Positions 45,987 through 54,913 of a DNA stretch of 64,000 bases are shown piece after piece. Source of the DNA: a virus (lineage: Duplodnaviria > Caudoviricetes); the IMG/VR virus record IMGVR_UViG_3300050034_000334. One strand, 5' to 3'. The position numbers and the translations under genes were made by a program. A model generated the notes under the pieces. That model was not told the DNA's origin. It worked only from the letters and a program-made list of their open reading frames with translations, and ran no database searches. The stretch's first letter is position 1; every line of letters starts with the position of its first letter.

Positions 45987-46193
45987 ATGGCTAAAATCGC
46001 AAAGCAGGATCGGGAAACCATGAACGCTCTTTTCACCAAGGAGCTTTCTCGGATGACAGGCACCAAGATCGCCGGGGAGAAAGACCTCCAGGCCTTCAAG
46101 GACCATGAGGAGTACATGGCAACTCTGTCGTCTGTGCTGGCTGATGACAAGACCGAAGGCGGCCAGGACCCTAACGCGAATTTCTTTGAGTGA
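45987..46193 (+). CDS. Small hypothetical protein
   Basis: AGGAG RBS; KIAK and KIAG motifs. Confidence 0.7.
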   Translation: MAKIAKQDRETMNALFTKELSRMTGTKIAGEKDLQAFKDHEEYMATLSSVLADDKTEGGQDPNANFFE

Positions 46194-46211
46194 TCGAAAA
46201 ACGTACTTTCG

Positions 46212-46245
46212 ACCTCCACCAGTATCAGATCGGACTGGTGGAGGT
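46212..46245. terminator. Bidirectional terminator-like hairpin between convergent genes
   Basis: Perfect 12-bp stem ACCTCCACCAGT / ACTGGTGGAGGT with a 10-nt loop. Confidence 0.75.
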
Positions 46246-46352
46246 TTCTGGTATGTTTGTCTATGTGATAGTCAATGCGGATTGAACTATCGGACTCATC
46301 GCTTCACCTGCTCTGCTGCGCGGGAGACTTCCTTCCCCGTATTCAACTACGA

Positions 46353-49300
46353 TCAAAGCACCGTAACATTGTATGCCAGACTCGCTGGCGTGCCTGTTCC
46401 ACAAACATACACAGTCACTACCCCTGTTGCAGTGACGGAGGCCCGCACGTTGAATGCACCGCCTACATCCACTCCCGTCGTGCTGCTCACTGCTACTGGA
46501 TGCCCTACAACTGCTCCTGTCACCGTCGCCGTGCCTGAATCGCAGGTTGCCGTTAGCGCCGTTCCTGTGATTGTCCCGGTCGTGCCAGTCAAGACGAGTT
46601 CAACGTAAGCCGCCCCTGTGTTATTGGCAGATTTATTACCGAGAGCCGCCGAGGGTAAGAGTATGCCATTGGCGTTGTAATAAGCCCCCGGAGTCTTTAC
46701 TCCATTGCCATTTGCAAAGGCTCGGAAAAGCTCGGACGGGGAAGTCGTATTGGTCGTCGAAACAATGAAATCGTCGGTGGTTGCGTCCTTTCCGTAGAAC
46801 ATATCAACAAGGTAATAGCCCGCCGCTGATGTACCGCAGAAAATCCCCACTCCTCCATAGCAGCGCGTCGCCTCTGTCGTGGCTGATCCGGTTCCTAGCG
46901 AAGTCTGCGTGCTGAAAAGGCTGAAAAGACTATTTCCCGCATTTGCGGTGCTTGTGGATACGGTTAGCTGGTCGATGTAGCCGTTGCCGTTCGATGGATC
47001 AATACTGAATAACGTTACCGCTGGAAGAATAGGAGTAGTTTCTGTAGAATAAATCAGCTTATCAGTTGCAGCATCTTTACCAAAAAAGGTGCTTCGAGAA
47101 TAGTTCCCATTTAGGTTAATTCCGGCATAGCTTCCAGGGGCAGAATATATCGCCAGACCAGCTATATTCGAAGTCCTGGGTGCTAGAACGGCGGTCGCTA
47201 CTGCTGCCGTTCCTGTTCCACCTGTAAAGGCCACGCTCGGCGCGGACGAGCCGTATGTCCCCCCATTCGTTACGGTTGCGTTGATTACTTGCAAAGAGCT
47301 TCCCACTGTGGCGCAGATTGGCGTTGCGGCTGCTGAACCTGAACCGAAGGTAATGCCGGTGGGACAAACCGTGTATGAGCCACCACTACTTATATTCAAG
47401 TTGACCACTTGCTCTGTGTTATCGAGTGAAGTCTGCGCCGGGAAGAGAGACAACAGACCTGCGCCCGTAGTACCAGCAGCGTTGGTAGTCGCGGATTGCA
47501 GCCCCCATGTGGCGGAGTTTGGATTGTAGTATAGGTGACAGTCCTGAGAAATCCCGTTTGATTGCTGTGTGGGATAGGTCGAGAACGGAACTTCGAGGGT
47601 TGAAATATAGGTCGAGCAGTTGAGCGAATTTAGGTTTTGCGCTCCGTTAACTTTCACCTCCGACCACCAGTTATTTTTTGCTCCGTTCATAGCATTTGAA
47701 AGCCCCGTATAGCTGATCGTCGCGCCCTCGTCCGTACCTACCAAATCGTGCAGAGAGTATGGGGCGATAGATACTTCAATGTTTCCTGAGCCGACAAACT
47801 GCTCGGTCACGTAGGAGTTATAGAGGTATGTCGCGCTTCCCACCTGAATCAGCACCGGATTAGCGACTTGCCCCCCAAGATTGTTTGCGCCTTCCCACAA
47901 TGCAATGCGCGGAAACGTTAGAGTATTGGCCGGATTCTGCGTCCAGGTGTTGAAGTCTGTCGAGACAAAACGCGCAATATCGGTGGGGAGATCACCCACA
48001 CCCGCCCCAGGATAAGCCACGTGCGCCCATGCCCAATAGAAGCCAGTCACGGCGTCCTTCCACAAATACGACCCGCTAACCATGTACGTTCCGTCTGCCC
48101 CCATCACAGGGTTGCCAGAGTACTTTACCCAGTTGATACCGTCGGTAGATGTAGCGGTTCCGGTTAGAAAATCTCCCTGTTGACCCTGAAAATATCCGTT
48201 TGTGTGAACTCCGTTTGCCTGATAAAGCATCCTCCATGTAGACCCATCTACGAGAATTGATCCGGTTGCAATAACATAGTCATCCCATGCTCCACTCTGC
48301 AATGTTCCGCCGCTTAATACGGATGTTACGGTTCCCGGTGTGCCTCCGGCGGTCGCGGTGAAGGTTGGCAGGGTTGCGTAACCGGAACCAGTGGCGGATA
48401 CGGTTGCGATGACGATGGCCCCACCGGATATTGTGACAGTAATCTGAGCGCCAGTACCCCCTCCTCCAGCGCCGTTGATCGTATATGTTCCGTCCGTCTG
48501 CCCCGAACCCGGTGTAAGGATTGTCGCGCCGGTTTGCCCGAGCACTACTCCAGAAAGATTCGCAGTGGTAAGAATTCCCGCCGCAAGATTGGCGGCACTG
48601 CTGGCGGTGTAAACCTCAATCCTGTTTTGCAGGGGCATCGGCACTGCGTAAACGTAGTAAGTTGAACCCTGATGTACAAGCTGCGAACGTGCGTGATTCA
48701 AAAGTATAGGAGTGGCCGCGCTCACCCATCCATTTACACCGTTCAGCGATTCTGCATAGCAGATGTTCGACGTGCTGCTAGTGCCCGTAGTTTTGAATAC
48801 AACCGTTCCCGACGAGAGTCCTAACAGTTGCGAGTTCGCATCCTGAATGACGGACGGTTCGCCGACAACGTTACACGGATTGGAGGTGTAGCCTATTGGT
48901 CCTTTGCGATCCCACACGGTAGACATAAGAATCTTCGAGGTTGTGCCTTCGGCAATGCTTGGGGGGGTAAATCCATCATCGGATGTGGTGCCTGCTGTAA
49001 CGCTCGGCGCGCTCACCGGCCCGGTAAACGCCGCGCCGGTCAGAGCCGCGCCGCCCAGGTTCGCCAGCGCCCCGGCTGCTGTGGTTGCGCCGGTGCCGCC
49101 TGCTGTTATTGGTACTGTATTCTCGCCGGATACAGCCGTGCCGTTCGCCGGATAGTAGGCAATCTGCCCCGTTGTGCCACTGTTCACCGTGCCGCTGCCA
49201 CCTGGATTGCCGCATCCTGTGCCGTCTGCCTTGGCGTAGAGCCCAGTGCAAGAACCGCTTGCACCGCCGATAGTGACAGGGTCCGTAGCGCCAGCCGCTA

Positions 49301-50000
49301 GGGTACTTGCAGTAATCTGCTTTGTAGTGGTCATATTGCCTTGACTATCTACAGTGAGATTAGGAATCGCAGGCTGGGCAGCGTTAGCTGTTGACTGAGC
49401 ATTTGAAGCGGCAGAACGAGCCGTTGAATCGTCGGCACTTCCAGAAAGTGCGGTGCGTGCAGTTGAATCGTTAGCTGAACCAGACAAGGCAGTTCGTGCA
49501 GTGGAGTCATTAGCTGAACCGGAAAGAGCTGAATTGGCACTTGACTGAGCAGTAGCTGCAGCAAGTCTTGCAATGGAGTCGTTAGCCAAACCACTTGCAG
49601 CATTTTCTTGTAAAGAAGCACGAGCATCTGTAATTCCTGTGGTGGGAACAATAGCAGTGCCATTGGTCACTACAACAGCAATTGGAATATCTGAAGCTGT
49701 AAAGGAGGTTGTTTTCACCGCTGGAATACAAGAAGAGGATGTGTTCAGATACACGTAGTTGGTTGTAGAAGCACTCATAGTTAGAGTGCTTGCTGTATAG
49801 GTTACGATTGTTCCTGTACAATTAGCAGTTCCACCACCTAAGTTGAGGACAAGTCCAGTTCCAGGTGTTGGATCATAGCTTCCTTGAACGTACTTGGCTT
49901 TTAGAGCGGAAACTGGAGCATTGGGATTTTGAGGTTGTTGAGCAACAATAGCAGTAGTCACAACCATTGCGAATGTTAGGAAAGCCAAGAGGGTTTTCAT
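46353..50000 (-). CDS. 1215-aa tail-fibre/adhesin-like protein with a signal-peptide-like N-terminus and a GH43/GH32-like beta-propeller region
   Basis: MKTLLAFLTFAMVVTTAIVAQQ; Gly/Thr/Ala-rich; WDD..IATGSILVDGSTWRMLY..ATSTDGINWVKYSGNPVM propeller blades. Confidence 0.6.
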   Translation of the reverse strand: MKTLLAFLTFAMVVTTAIVAQQPQNPNAPVSALKAKYVQGSYDPTPGTGLVLNLGGGTANCTGTIVTYTASTLTMSASTTNYVYLNTSSSCIPAVKTTSFTASDIPIAVVVTNGTAIVPTTGITDARASLQENAASGLANDSIARLAAATAQSSANSALSGSANDSTARTALSGSANDSTARTALSGSADDSTARSAASNAQSTANAAQPAIPNLTVDSQGNMTTTKQITASTLAAGATDPVTIGGASGSCTGLYAKADGTGCGNPGGSGTVNSGTTGQIAYYPANGTAVSGENTVPITAGGTGATTAAGALANLGGAALTGAAFTGPVSAPSVTAGTTSDDGFTPPSIAEGTTSKILMSTVWDRKGPIGYTSNPCNVVGEPSVIQDANSQLLGLSSGTVVFKTTGTSSTSNICYAESLNGVNGWVSAATPILLNHARSQLVHQGSTYYVYAVPMPLQNRIEVYTASSAANLAAGILTTANLSGVVLGQTGATILTPGSGQTDGTYTINGAGGGGTGAQITVTISGGAIVIATVSATGSGYATLPTFTATAGGTPGTVTSVLSGGTLQSGAWDDYVIATGSILVDGSTWRMLYQANGVHTNGYFQGQQGDFLTGTATSTDGINWVKYSGNPVMGADGTYMVSGSYLWKDAVTGFYWAWAHVAYPGAGVGDLPTDIARFVSTDFNTWTQNPANTLTFPRIALWEGANNLGGQVANPVLIQVGSATYLYNSYVTEQFVGSGNIEVSIAPYSLHDLVGTDEGATISYTGLSNAMNGAKNNWWSEVKVNGAQNLNSLNCSTYISTLEVPFSTYPTQQSNGISQDCHLYYNPNSATWGLQSATTNAAGTTGAGLLSLFPAQTSLDNTEQVVNLNISSGGSYTVCPTGITFGSGSAAATPICATVGSSLQVINATVTNGGTYGSSAPSVAFTGGTGTAAVATAVLAPRTSNIAGLAIYSAPGSYAGINLNGNYSRSTFFGKDAATDKLIYSTETTPILPAVTLFSIDPSNGNGYIDQLTVSTSTANAGNSLFSLFSTQTSLGTGSATTEATRCYGGVGIFCGTSAAGYYLVDMFYGKDATTDDFIVSTTNTTSPSELFRAFANGNGVKTPGAYYNANGILLPSAALGNKSANNTGAAYVELVLTGTTGTITGTALTATCDSGTATVTGAVVGHPVAVSSTTGVDVGGAFNVRASVTATGVVTVYVCGTGTPASLAYNVTVL
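49420..49545 (-). repeat. 39-nt coding repeat (SGSANDSTARTAL x3)
   Basis: Three consecutive 13-aa units in the translation; boundaries approximate. Confidence 0.8.
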
Positions 50001-50005
50001 GAGAG

Positions 50006-50325
50006 TTAAACTCCAAACACAAAGAAATTTTCAGTGGTGAACTGGTCTGGTGGAAGGTTAGAGAGAGAGGCAGAACTGGTTGAACATGCCATCCTATTTG
50101 ATAGTTCCCTTTCCAATTTATGGGAATGGTGAAGCTGGCATAGTAGCAACCTAGAGAAGAACAGGCTGGCATTTGATTGGCAAGGACAGAAATGAGTGTT
50201 CCTTCTGAGATCCCCACAATGCTGTAATTTATGAAAAATGGGGATACGAGATCACCAGTAGAGTCTAGGACCTGAATAGCTAGGTCAGACGTACCTAGTG
50301 TTCTTCCTGGTGTGAATGCTCGCAT
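50006..50325 (-). pseudogene. Probable virion structural protein frameshifted at a (CT)5 microsatellite
   Basis: MRAFTPGRTLG.SDL.I..YYASFTIP..YQIGW. Removing one CT at 50060-50069 gives ...LPLSNLPPDQFTTENFFVFGV*, ending 5 nt before the next ATG instead of overlapping that gene by 128 nt. Confidence 0.55.
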
Positions 50326-50340
50326 CGTTCCCTTCCCCTC

Positions 50341-50358
50341 ACTTTAGATTGAAAAGTC
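50341..50358 (-). promoter_or_regulatory. GACTT-N8-AAAGT motif upstream of the RBS
   Basis: GACTT ttcaatct AAAGT gaggggaagggaacg ATG(50325). Confidence 0.5.
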
Positions 50359-50382
50359 GTTATCCTAGCAACGGAAGTCAGG

Positions 50383-50745
50383 CTAGTGGAAGCAAGCAGC
50401 GATTGCGGTAACGTCTATATCAGATGCAGTCAAGTACAGATAGAGAGCATCAAACGGAGTACTCTGAAACCAGATTAGCCCTCCAGAGGTCATTTGTAGC
50501 ACAACTGCTGATGGAGGGATTCCTAGGCTATGAGCAACTGTAAAATTGCCAGGAGCAGAGGAAGATACGGGTATATTGCTAACCGTAGTGCCAGCAGGTT
50601 GAATATGCACCCACGCCAATCCAGTATCGTACCATTCTTGTCCGGTATCTGTTGCGAAGTACCTTCGTCCTGGAATTCCAAAAGTTGGAAGATTTGCGTA
50701 GGGACCAATCGCACTCACTGTTGACAAAAGAACAGGTGAACTCAT
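50383..50745 (-). CDS. Putative tail/structural protein
   Basis: GRRYFATDTGQ..YDTG..W and FTVAHSLG..P motifs typical of tail-fibre modules. Confidence 0.6.
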   Translation of the reverse strand: MSSPVLLSTVSAIGPYANLPTFGIPGRRYFATDTGQEWYDTGLAWVHIQPAGTTVSNIPVSSSAPGNFTVAHSLGIPPSAVVLQMTSGGLIWFQSTPFDALYLYLTASDIDVTAIAACFH

Positions 50746-51236
50746 AGGTACACTCCAATCGGTTGCAACGTGCCATCAACATCAGCGTAGACGAAAGGCC
50801 CAAATTCAGTAATTTCCAGATACGACAGTACCTTTGGTACTCCACAAACTACAGCAAAACCGTAAAGTCTCGATTCAATGGAATCAAGCACCTCAATCAG
50901 TTGTGGTACACTACTAATCATTGCGTAAATGAAAGTTCCAGAATTATCAACCGCCAGGTAAGGAGAAACTGTAAATGGCGGGTTTGGCATGTGGTGAATC
51001 ACCTGTACAACATTGTCCGTAGTTAGCGAGATTCCCAAGTACAGCTGGTAAGTTGTCGTGGCAGCGTCATACAAGAAAGATTTCACCTGAATTTGAATAC
51101 CATCCACCCAAACCTCAACATCAGTCATGGGATTGAAATTCACCGTTAGGGCATCCACAGTTCGACTGAATGGTCCTCCTATCGAAGAGATCAGGTTGAC
51201 CACGTTCCCAAGGAACTCTGTGCTAACCTGTGACAT
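50742..51236 (-). CDS. Putative structural protein
   Basis: Coupled ORF; beta-rich. Confidence 0.55.
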   Translation of the reverse strand: MSQVSTEFLGNVVNLISSIGGPFSRTVDALTVNFNPMTDVEVWVDGIQIQVKSFLYDAATTTYQLYLGISLTTDNVVQVIHHMPNPPFTVSPYLAVDNSGTFIYAMISSVPQLIEVLDSIESRLYGFAVVCGVPKVLSYLEITEFGPFVYADVDGTLQPIGVYL

Positions 51237-53478
51237 CTTCGGTCTCCTCTTTCTCTTCGTCTAATGAAGACACCCTGAAATTCTGGTTCCTGTTGCGATT
51301 CTTCTTCCAGTTGTTGAACTTGTCATCCCGCATCTTCTTCAACCTCTTGCGATCGCCTTCTGCTTGTTCTTCGAGCTTGCGCTTTTCCTCCACAAGCATT
51401 TGGTCGATGAGGTCGTGATTCTGTGAATGGCTTTCCTCTTCGTCTTTAACATGCACTTCCTCTTTTCGAGGTTGTTGCAACTTTTCTTTCTGTTCCGCCG
51501 GGGTGGGCTGTGCTTCAACTGCAGCAGGAGCAGTGCGCTCAATTTCACGCTCGGTCTGTTCGTCAAGCTCAGCTTCTTCCTGCAGAAGACGATCACGCTC
51601 CTTGCGCTGCATCTCCTCAAGATCTTCTTTCTCCTTGGGAGTTCTGCGCTTCTTCTTGAGCAGCTGACGCTGGCGCATAGCCTCCTGCTCACGATCAAGA
51701 CGAGTAGGAGCTTTGGTAGGAGTCTGCTTGTATTCCTCAACCACCTTCTCACGAACCAGGTTCTGAATATTGTGCTGAACAGCCGGAAGGATGCGTTCAC
51801 ACACGGCCTTAATGTGTTTACAAATCAGAGCATTCGTTCTTAAATCGAGCCTTTCTTTGGGAGCTTGAAGTTTTGGTCTGGGTTCTCCTTCTAAAGCATC
51901 ACGTTCATGAAGGTTCCACTGATTTCCCCAGTACAGGAACGCCGGGCAATTATGTACCACCACTCCGTTAGCAATGAACGATTCGTCTTCTTCTACTGTC
52001 AAATCAAAAAATGATGGAGGACAGGATACCTGCTTCGCATAATTAAGGCAACGAAGAAATCCTTCTCTCCATTCCAAATCTCTAGATTCAGAAAACACTT
52101 TTCCCAGAGATTTTTCAACTCGTTCTTTATCTCTTTCACGTAGCCATTTGAACATTCGAAGAACTAGAGCAGGGTACTGTCTGTAGCTAATTCGCAGTCT
52201 AGTGTTAGTAAAACTTTGCCAAACTCCTTGGCTAAAGAGGAAAAAAGAGATTTGTTGAAGAAGATTTCTAGAGTAAGAAACAATATCTTGAGTGTCGTAC
52301 TCGATGTTTCCATCCCCTAGAGCATGACTAGAGATCAAATTCCACATTGCTTCCACATCCCAAGCGAGTATTTCCTCTGATAGTCTCTTGGTTAGACTAC
52401 CTTGCCCACACAATTCATACATCTGCTTAGCGAACTGGGAATCTTTCACTCTGACATTTATCCAACTATACTCAGAGTTGTCCTCAATCTCGATTCGAGC
52501 ATTAGGACCAAGGTAGCGACGTGCTCGTTCTGCTGTATCCTTGACTACAGTGTCTTTTTCGTTACGATTGTAGGTAAATGTTACTTCGTAGGCAGAGTAC
52601 TGCTCTCCGTCAACCACCACCTGAGCTGCTTTAACTTTCTTGGTAGACCTTCTTTTATGTAAATGCAAGCAACCTTCAGCGAGGTAGTATCCTGTCAAAG
52701 CAGCAAGATCTGGATCAACTACCTTAGTTCCTGTCCACGCGAACTTAGGGAAGTACAGTGTCTCTCGGTCAACTATTTCCAAGGGAGTTTTCCAAAAAGA
52801 AGAAATCTCTGGTTTAACCAACAGTCTAGTATTTCCTAGAGTGTTATGTCCGGATAAGAAATTTCTACCAAGTCTCTTTTTAACAACAGAAGAATACTTT
52901 CCTGAAGTGGGCCATAGGGGTGCTCCACATCCACAAGCACAATTTTCTCTTCCTCTGACTACAGCAATAGGATGATCTTCAGACAAAATAAGCGGAGTCT
53001 GGTACCCTTTGGCTTTAACCTCCCAAGCCTGTTCTCCTTCTCTAGGTTTTCTTTCCGACACCGCTGTGACTTTCTTAGCTCTTCCCTTGTGAGTGATGAC
53101 ATGATCACCTACAGATACTTCATCTATTCTCTTCTCTGTTCCATCAGCCATCCTAATCATGCTGTCTAGAGCTACACAGCTGCAGTTCACTTTGATATCC
53201 AGATCATTGGCTCTCATTTCCGGAGTAACCTTAGACACGTCAAAGTGAACTTTCACATCATGACCGTTAGGATCGCTAGTTTCAAGATTACATTTGACAT
53301 TATAACGAAGGAAAAGGTCTTTGGGATCAGAAGCCTCAAGATGGGGAACGCAACCTGGTCTATTTTTCACAGAAAAACTGTTTGTTTGGGACACTAATTC
53401 CGGCAAAGATATAGCCAGCTTCACCTTCTTGGTAAGGTAATCCGACAATTTGAAAGAAGACCAGATTTCGCTCATCAT
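51223..53478 (-). CDS. SWIM zinc-finger protein interrupted by an intein
   Basis: Spliced product reads KVNCS|CPAFLYWG...LICKHI (CxC...CxH). The likely start is the second ATG (53475). Confidence 0.85.
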   Translation of the reverse strand: MMSEIWSSFKLSDYLTKKVKLAISLPELVSQTNSFSVKNRPGCVPHLEASDPKDLFLRYNVKCNLETSDPNGHDVKVHFDVSKVTPEMRANDLDIKVNCSCVALDSMIRMADGTEKRIDEVSVGDHVITHKGRAKKVTAVSERKPREGEQAWEVKAKGYQTPLILSEDHPIAVVRGRENCACGCGAPLWPTSGKYSSVVKKRLGRNFLSGHNTLGNTRLLVKPEISSFWKTPLEIVDRETLYFPKFAWTGTKVVDPDLAALTGYYLAEGCLHLHKRRSTKKVKAAQVVVDGEQYSAYEVTFTYNRNEKDTVVKDTAERARRYLGPNARIEIEDNSEYSWINVRVKDSQFAKQMYELCGQGSLTKRLSEEILAWDVEAMWNLISSHALGDGNIEYDTQDIVSYSRNLLQQISFFLFSQGVWQSFTNTRLRISYRQYPALVLRMFKWLRERDKERVEKSLGKVFSESRDLEWREGFLRCLNYAKQVSCPPSFFDLTVEEDESFIANGVVVHNCPAFLYWGNQWNLHERDALEGEPRPKLQAPKERLDLRTNALICKHIKAVCERILPAVQHNIQNLVREKVVEEYKQTPTKAPTRLDREQEAMRQRQLLKKKRRTPKEKEDLEEMQRKERDRLLQEEAELDEQTEREIERTAPAAVEAQPTPAEQKEKLQQPRKEEVHVKDEEESHSQNHDLIDQMLVEEKRKLEEQAEGDRKRLKKMRDDKFNNWKKNRNRNQNFRVSSLDEEKEETEDVTG
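51949..53178 (-). mobile_element. LAGLIDADG intein (410 aa)
   Basis: N-terminal CVALDSMIRMADG..I.EV.VGD.V.TH.G; GYYLAEG and HALGDG endonuclease blocks; FDLTVEEDESFIANGVVVHN followed by +1 Cys. Confidence 0.92.
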
Positions 53479-53494
53479 TTAGAATCTCAAAGTC
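53477..53494 (-). promoter_or_regulatory. GACTT-N8-TAAAT motif
   Basis: GACTT tgagattc TAAAT g ATG(53475). Confidence 0.55.
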
Positions 53495-53495
53495 T

Positions 53496-53513
53496 GACTT
53501 TCTCATTCTAAGT
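53496..53513 (+). promoter_or_regulatory. GACTT-N8-TAAGT motif
   Basis: GACTT tctcattc TAAGT cag ATG(53517). Confidence 0.55.
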
Positions 53514-53516
53514 CAG

Positions 53517-54185
53517 ATGGACATCACAATGAAAACCGGGTATGTTTCTCCGCCAAAAGGACAGTTGAGTCTCACTGTCATCCGCGATGCTCATCCCACT
53601 GTGGTCATGACTCTTGATCTCGGAATTCCGAACTTCACAGTCTTCAGTTTGAAGTACCCATTGGTGGACGACGAGAAGCGAGCCATGAGTGAACTGACAG
53701 CCGAAGCTCTCAATGCCCTGAATGACGATGTCATCACGTTCATGCTGAGCATGGGATACGCTGAAGAGGTCTGTGTACAGATCTGTGCAACAGTCCTCAC
53801 TTGCTTCAAGAATTTCAGTCCAAAGAACGACACCCAGGCAAATTTGCCCATGGTCGGACATGACGACAGTATTGTGACCTATGAGGGCGAATTTGTAATG
53901 CCACAGATCTTTGTGGACGAGACATACGACAAGGTGGTCACAGCTGCTACAATCATCAAGAGGTTGCCAATTGTTCGTCACTTGGAATTGACTCATGTGC
54001 CTCCCACAAAGAACACGATGTCAGACGCAGCGAGGGCTGTGAAGCTATTCCGTGGTGTGAGTCTCACAAGCCAACCTCAACCTCTCTATGTCATGGTGTA
54101 CGATCAAAAAGGTAGATCTCGAGGCGTTTTGCCGATGTCACCAGGTTTCAAAAATCAAGTCTTGCAAAATCTGAGGAAACGATGA
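53517..54185 (+). CDS. Hypothetical protein
   Basis: 222-aa ORF, ATGA-coupled to the next gene. Confidence 0.65.
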   Translation: MDITMKTGYVSPPKGQLSLTVIRDAHPTVVMTLDLGIPNFTVFSLKYPLVDDEKRAMSELTAEALNALNDDVITFMLSMGYAEEVCVQICATVLTCFKNFSPKNDTQANLPMVGHDDSIVTYEGEFVMPQIFVDETYDKVVTAATIIKRLPIVRHLELTHVPPTKNTMSDAARAVKLFRGVSLTSQPQPLYVMVYDQKGRSRGVLPMSPGFKNQVLQNLRKR

Positions 54186-54835
54186 ACAATCCAATCCAGC
54201 AGTATATCGATCCTATTCCCTATCGCCTGAATGGTCACATCCGGATCTTCCCGAAGCCAACCGTGAAGAAGCCAATTGTGGAACCGATCTTTGATGAAAA
54301 GAACGTCATCGTGATCACGGTGAAGTCCCTCTTCGCTCGACTAATGAAGAACTCTGTCGAGCCTCAGTTCGGCATCTGGGGTCTGGCTGTTGGACTGGGT
54401 GACGGATTATGGCAGACTGCTCCACTCGAGAATGCAAGCACTTCTGCCTTGATCGGACCCTTGGCAAATCGTCCTCTGTCATCGGCCAACTTCGTGGACA
54501 TCAGCTATAATCCGCTGCCGGCAGGACAATTCTACGATCCAACTGATCTATCCACGGTGCGTGTCGATTTCCAAACGGAGATCACTTCACCTGATGACAT
54601 TCCGGCTAATTCTCAGATCCGGGAGATGGGGCTGATTGGAGGAGGATCTACTGCCAGTGCCACAAACATGGCCTCAGTTGCAACTCCGTATTGGATTCCA
54701 GGTGCCACAGGAAACGTATTATTTCCCACGGCTCCAAGTTTGAATAGCGTGGTGCTTGTGAACTATAAATCACTACCTCCGCTAAATCTTCCTCCGGAAG
54801 TACCATTTATATTTTCTTGGATTATCGCCTTTTGA
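54182..54835 (+). CDS. Putative baseplate/tail-collar-type structural protein
   Basis: LAVGLG..RVDFQTE..IREMGLIGG..NYK pattern typical of myophage baseplate/tail-collar proteins. Confidence 0.55.
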   Translation: MNNPIQQYIDPIPYRLNGHIRIFPKPTVKKPIVEPIFDEKNVIVITVKSLFARLMKNSVEPQFGIWGLAVGLGDGLWQTAPLENASTSALIGPLANRPLSSANFVDISYNPLPAGQFYDPTDLSTVRVDFQTEITSPDDIPANSQIREMGLIGGGSTASATNMASVATPYWIPGATGNVLFPTAPSLNSVVLVNYKSLPPLNLPPEVPFIFSWIIAF

Positions 54836-54869
54836 TCCAGTCACTTTCATCCCACCCATAGCCAGGTTG

Positions 54870-54902
54870 GATCTAGGGGAGTGAAACACACTCCCCTAGA
54901 TC
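54870..54902. terminator. Bidirectional terminator-like hairpin between convergent genes
   Basis: Perfect 14-bp stem GATCTAGGGGAGTG-aaaca-CACTCCCCTAGATC. Confidence 0.75.
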
Positions 54903-54913
54903 ATCGTTCAGGA

